A stretch of 8,087 nt of DNA. Origin: Paramicrosporidium saccamoebae KSL3. Its lineage: Eukaryota; Fungi; Cryptomycota. The notes below the pieces were generated by a model. It was given only the letters and a program-made list of their open reading frames with translations, had not been told where the DNA came from and did not search any database. Shown here piece after piece: positions 5,100-8,087 of the stretch (the stretch's first letter is position 1; each line of letters opens with the position of its first letter). Location of the stretch: NCBI GenBank assembly GCA_002794465.1, contig MTSL01000187.1:1-8087 (forward strand), in the 5' to 3' direction. The translations under genes and the position numbers were made by a program.

Positions 5100-7625
5100 T
5101 TACTCGGTCTCTGTGGTACCATATCCTCCCACCTCTGTAGCAACATGTCCCTCCGCCTTGCTAGCAACATGTTCCTCCGCCTTGCTAGTAACATGACCCT
5201 CCGTCTCGATAGTAATATGACCCTCTGTCTCGGGAGCAAATTTTTCGGATGCAGGAACAAAGGACATTTCAGATGCATATTTGGCCTGCACCGCACGCTT
5301 CACTCTCAGCATGTCACGGAAGGTCGTCTCAGTGCCATGGCGCGTCTCAAATTCTTGCCAGGCAGCCCAGAGAGCAGGGAAACGACGTGGATCACATGCA
5401 GAGGAGGCGTGGGCGTAGATTGCCCGAGCACGCTCCACCTCCCCGAGACTCGTTTCCAAAGTCGCATAGCGGAGAGACATGGACACTGATTCGGAAAGCC
5501 CCGTGATGGAGGCGATTGCATCTTCAAAGACGGATCGTTGCGCTGTAATGCCCAAACTTTGTTGCGTCTTGGAAAGAAGAAGATCAAATAACGTGGTCCG
5601 CTGGTCCTCAGAGACAGCATGGGCCGCCCGTTCAAGGATCCTCAGTGCGTTTCGGGCAGATCCATATTGTTCCTCCATCCGGGCGTATTCAATGTATATG
5701 GAAGAGCACAGGGACGCTGGACATCCCTGCAGAGCTTGTTCAAACACATCCCGGATTCGTTCAATGCTTCCCTTTGGCCCATAATGGCTAACAAATTTTG
5801 GCAAATAAATGTTCCAAATCTCAAAAGAAACGGGATAACCAAAAGCAGAAATGCCCCTTTCGTACACTTTAAAGGACGCGTCCTCGGTAGTATCTGCATG
5901 AGTCTCCAAAAATGCAGCATAATTGATGATATTTTGAGGTGTCATTATCCCCAAATCCATCATACGGTCATATGCAGCGAGTGTGGGGTCTAAAAGACCT
6001 CGGGCCTCTTCCAGATCCACGTAAAAATTCCAAAGCTTCAAGTTCTTGAATAGATATCGACGCGGATTGTCAGAATCCTTAGCCTTTCCAGATGGCGGTA
6101 CTAATGCCTCGGCCAACAGATCCAAGGCTGCAGGAATTCCTTGTTGACGTACCGCCATTTCCCCAAAGGCAATCCAAACAGAAGCAATTTCATCCACATT
6201 TGTAAAGTCTGCTTCGGTTGCGCGTCTCAGTACCTCAGTTGCCTCTTTATGCTTCTCTAAAGTTTCTAAGAAACGAGCATAGCTGATCCATAGGCTGGAA
6301 AGTGATCCCTTGGCACGTTGAAAATGAATGCTCTTGAGAGCATCTTCATAAACGTCAGTTACCTCTTCTCTTTTGTGTTCCTGGAACAAAGCAATGCGCT
6401 CCATCCAAATGGCCACATTGTTGGGCTGCTGTCTCACCCGGACATTTGAAAGAAGGAATGGGCGCCTCTCCAGCAACGCTTCAAACTGCTCCATTCTCCT
6501 GTCCAAATCATCCCCCTTTGCATCCGTTTTAGCCTTTTTGCGGCTTCGACGGTCTAGCTCAATGGCAATGATACTTTCCTCCATCTTTGAAAATGCATCA
6601 AAGACGAGCGAAAAATCACGAACAGTCGGGACGCTGATAATAGCTTCCTCATAAACGGCACGAGCCTCTTGGATCCTTCTGCTCCGAATATGCCACATGG
6701 CCAACGCATTCCAAAATAGTCCAGTAGCATGAATTGGGCCGTCCATATTCCGTCGTTGTTGCAAGGTACTAAAGTTGGACCGCTCCATGGCCTTCTCAAT
6801 GGCGGATCTCAGGACTGTCTCTATTGGAGTCGCCTTGATAGCTGCACCGTGCTGGCTTACTATGCGACACAATTCTTGCCAATACTGTCCTGGCATGATT
6901 TCGTCGTCATCTACAGCCTCTCCACTCAGAGACGGAGGCTCATTCTGTGCCAGTTCCACTAGCAACGAGGCAGCATCGTCGTAAAACTGACAGCGAAGGA
7001 GACATCCAACATGTCTGGCCGCTATTTTGGGGTCACTGCGGTCCGCTGTCACTCGCCAATAGCGTGACCAAATCTCTGCAGCAGTGCGTGGTACGAAAAG
7101 CTCTATGGCACCTGCAAATTTGAGGTACAGGGACCAAATACGCTCGTGGAGAGAAAAAGGCAATGCTCTCAATGCTCTGTCGAATGTCGTACGGGTCGCA
7201 GTGATACGACGCTGTCGCATCAAAAATGACGCATAATCAAGCCACAGACGCGGCATGTAGGGAAGGTTAGAGAGTGCCCGCTCATAGCCGTCATTTATGG
7301 AGGAAAATTCAGTGGCAAGCATGCCAATAATGACCGGTGTGCGCTCTTCCGAATTATCGCGGTAAAGTTGTAAGAGACGTGTCATGCGTTCAACACGCTC
7401 GTCCAAGTACAGCTTCCATACTTTGTAGCTCAAGGGTAGCAAAACCAAAGTTCTCTCATATACAAAATTACGACCAATAGCCTCGTCAAGGAGACTGACA
7501 ATTCTAACTGAATCTGAAATCTGATGGCGCTCACGAAGGTACTGAAGCCATTTTTTTGCCGAATATGGGTCCCTCAAAAGCTCCTCTTCGTATGAAAAGT
7601 CTCCTTCAGAAATCAGAGAATCCAT
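5100..7625 (-). CDS. SYF1: Pre-mRNA splicing factor SYF1/XAB2 (HAT/TPR-repeat scaffold of the Prp19/NTC complex), 841 aa, no introns needed
   Basis: Recognisable Syf1 motifs: N-terminal YEEELLRDPYSAKKWLQYL, YERTLVLLPLSYKVWKLYL, MPRLWLDYASFL, TRTTFDRALRALP, HERIWSLYL, ARAVYEEAIISVPTVRDFSLVFDAF, RRPFLLSNVRVRQQPNNVAIW, LKLWNFYVDLEE, YDRMMDLGIMTPQNIINYAAFLE, SFKVYERGISAFGYP, IERIRDVFEQAL, GEVERARAIY, WQEFETRHG, DMLRVKRAVQAKY. Confidence 0.96.
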   Translation of the reverse strand: MDSLISEGDFSYEEELLRDPYSAKKWLQYLRERHQISDSVRIVSLLDEAIGRNFVYERTLVLLPLSYKVWKLYLDERVERMTRLLQLYRDNSEERTPVIIGMLATEFSSINDGYERALSNLPYMPRLWLDYASFLMRQRRITATRTTFDRALRALPFSLHERIWSLYLKFAGAIELFVPRTAAEIWSRYWRVTADRSDPKIAARHVGCLLRCQFYDDAASLLVELAQNEPPSLSGEAVDDDEIMPGQYWQELCRIVSQHGAAIKATPIETVLRSAIEKAMERSNFSTLQQRRNMDGPIHATGLFWNALAMWHIRSRRIQEARAVYEEAIISVPTVRDFSLVFDAFSKMEESIIAIELDRRSRKKAKTDAKGDDLDRRMEQFEALLERRPFLLSNVRVRQQPNNVAIWMERIALFQEHKREEVTDVYEDALKSIHFQRAKGSLSSLWISYARFLETLEKHKEATEVLRRATEADFTNVDEIASVWIAFGEMAVRQQGIPAALDLLAEALVPPSGKAKDSDNPRRYLFKNLKLWNFYVDLEEARGLLDPTLAAYDRMMDLGIMTPQNIINYAAFLETHADTTEDASFKVYERGISAFGYPVSFEIWNIYLPKFVSHYGPKGSIERIRDVFEQALQGCPASLCSSIYIEYARMEEQYGSARNALRILERAAHAVSEDQRTTLFDLLLSKTQQSLGITAQRSVFEDAIASITGLSESVSMSLRYATLETSLGEVERARAIYAHASSACDPRRFPALWAAWQEFETRHGTETTFRDMLRVKRAVQAKYASEMSFVPASEKFAPETEGHITIETEGHVTSKAEEHVASKAEGHVATEVGGYGTTETE
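5114..5233 (-). repeat. 24-bp in-frame coding minisatellite in the SYF1 C-terminal tail (4 good units plus 1 degenerate)
   Basis: Plus-strand units: 5138 tagcaacatgtccctccgccttgc, 5162 tagcaacatgttcctccgccttgc, 5186 tagtaacatgaccctccgtctcga, 5210 tagtaatatgaccctctgtctcgg; degenerate unit at 5114. Encodes ETEGHITI-ETEGHVTS-KAEEHVAS-KAEGHVAT-EVGGYGTT. Confidence 0.9.
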
Positions 7626-7677
7626 GACCAGGGAGTCGCCTGGCTGCAGTGCACTATTTGATAGTTCAACGGTGAAG

Positions 7678-7771
7678 AATCACAGCTGCTCAATCGTCCA
7701 CATTAGCTGCATCTTAATGACTCACAATCACAGCGGCTCAATAGACCACGTTCACAATGGCTCGATGGTAC
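7678..7771. repeat. Degenerate ~24-bp repeat upstream of SYF1
   Basis: aatcacagctgctcaatcgtccac (7678-7701) matches aatcacagcggctcaatagaccac (7726-7749) at 21 of 24 positions, 48 bp apart, with more diverged units at 7702 and 7750. Confidence 0.65.
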
Positions 7772-7947
7772 AATTACAGATCAGCTCCTCAACAATTACA
7801 AATCAACTCTTCAATAATTACAGACCAACTCTCCAACAATCACAGATTAACTCTTCAATAATTACAAATCAACTCTCCAACAATCACAGATTAACTCTTC
7901 AATAATTACAAATCAACTCTCCAATAATAACTACAGCTCCCCCTAAT
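7772..7947. repeat. 22-bp minisatellite, 7 good units plus 1 degenerate
   Basis: Units start at 7772, 7794, 7816, 7838, 7860, 7882, 7904 and 7926 (degenerate); consensus AAT(T/C)ACA(G/A)AT(C/T)AACTCT(T/C)CAA(T/C). Units 4 and 6 are identical; units 5 and 7 differ only at the last base. Confidence 0.93.
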
Positions 7948-7950
7948 AAT

Positions 7951-7956
7951 AAAAAA
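7951..7956 (-). terminator. RNA polymerase III terminator (T6)
   Basis: TTTTTT on the minus strand, 2 nt after the tRNA-Lys 3' end. Confidence 0.85.
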
Positions 7957-7958
7957 GT

Positions 7959-8031
7959 CGCCCAGCGTGGGGCTCGAACCCACGACATTGAGATTAAGAG
8001 TCTCACGCTCTACCGACTGAGCTAGCCGGGC
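7959..8031 (-). tRNA. tRNA-Lys(CTT): tRNA-Lys, anticodon CTT, 73 nt, no intron, no encoded CCA
   Basis: GCCCGGCTAGCTCAGTCGGTAGAGCGTGAGACTCTTAATCTCAATGTCGTGGGTTCGAGCCCCACGCTGGGCG. Acceptor stem GCCCGGC/GCTGGGC, anticodon arm TGAGA-CTCTTAA-TCTCA, T arm GTGGG-TTCGAGC-CCCAC. Closely resembles the canonical eukaryotic cytosolic Lys-CTT sequence. Confidence 0.97.
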
Positions 8032-8036
8032 AAACT

Positions 8037-8087
8037 TGCAAGTTCCGGGAATCGAACCCGGGTCTACCGCGTGGCAGGCGGCAATTA
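8037..8087 (-). tRNA. tRNA-Gly(GCC): tRNA-Gly, anticodon GCC, 5' part beyond the window
   Basis: Minus strand reads TAATTGCCGCCTGCCACGCGGTAGACCCGGGTTCGATTCCCGGAACTTGCA. Anticodon arm GCCGC-CTGCCAC-GCGGT, T arm CCGGG-TTCGATT-CCCGG, 3' acceptor strand AACTTGC plus discriminator A at 8037. Confidence 0.92.

Noticed and set aside
5025-5489. 154-aa plus-strand ORF with LRLASNM repeats
   Set aside because: Begins at TTG, is antisense to the SYF1 3' end, and its repeats are the other strand of the 24-bp minisatellite. Worth revisiting only if antisense transcription from the inverted TATA module is shown.
5048-6984. Other small ORFs overlapping SYF1 on either strand
   Set aside because: Shadow frames of a well-supported conserved gene, with no independent evidence.
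7624-7905. 93-aa plus-strand ORF head-to-head with SYF1, with overlapping CAT/ATG
   Set aside because: It runs through a 22-bp repeat whose period is not a multiple of 3, so the S/N/Q/T-rich peptide follows from repeat composition and terminates inside the array.
7772-7947. CRISPR array interpretation of the 22-bp repeats
   Set aside because: Units are directly adjacent with no unique spacers, there are no cas genes, and the context is eukaryotic.
7959-8031. tRNA-associated retroelement or integrase target site
   Set aside because: No LTR, primer-binding site, reverse transcriptase or integrase sequence is visible next to the tRNAs in this window.

Overview
Gene-dense eukaryotic window with everything running on the minus strand. 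In transcription order (right to left) it holds: a partial tRNA-Gly(GCC) only 5 nt upstream of a complete tRNA-Lys(CTT), followed by one T6 Pol III terminator; a composite 22/24-bp minisatellite filling most of the gap to the next gene; an intronless SYF1/XAB2 HAT-repeat splicing factor (5100-7625) whose C-terminus is built from a 24-bp coding minisatellite; a 477-bp intergenic region with eight CCAAT/ATTGG boxes (four phased about 30 bp apart), an inverted TATA+GGCGCCACG pair and two in-frame small ORFs; and a very large ORF missing from the supplied ORF track (ATG at 4622, open through position 1, at least 1540 codons). That ORF encodes a protein I do not recognise, with a signal peptide, a ~560-aa N-terminal domain and a ~980-aa coiled-coil rod. 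Compact, intronless organisation suggests a streamlined unicellular opisthokont, possibly an early-diverging fungal or Rozellomycota-type parasite, but this is inference only.
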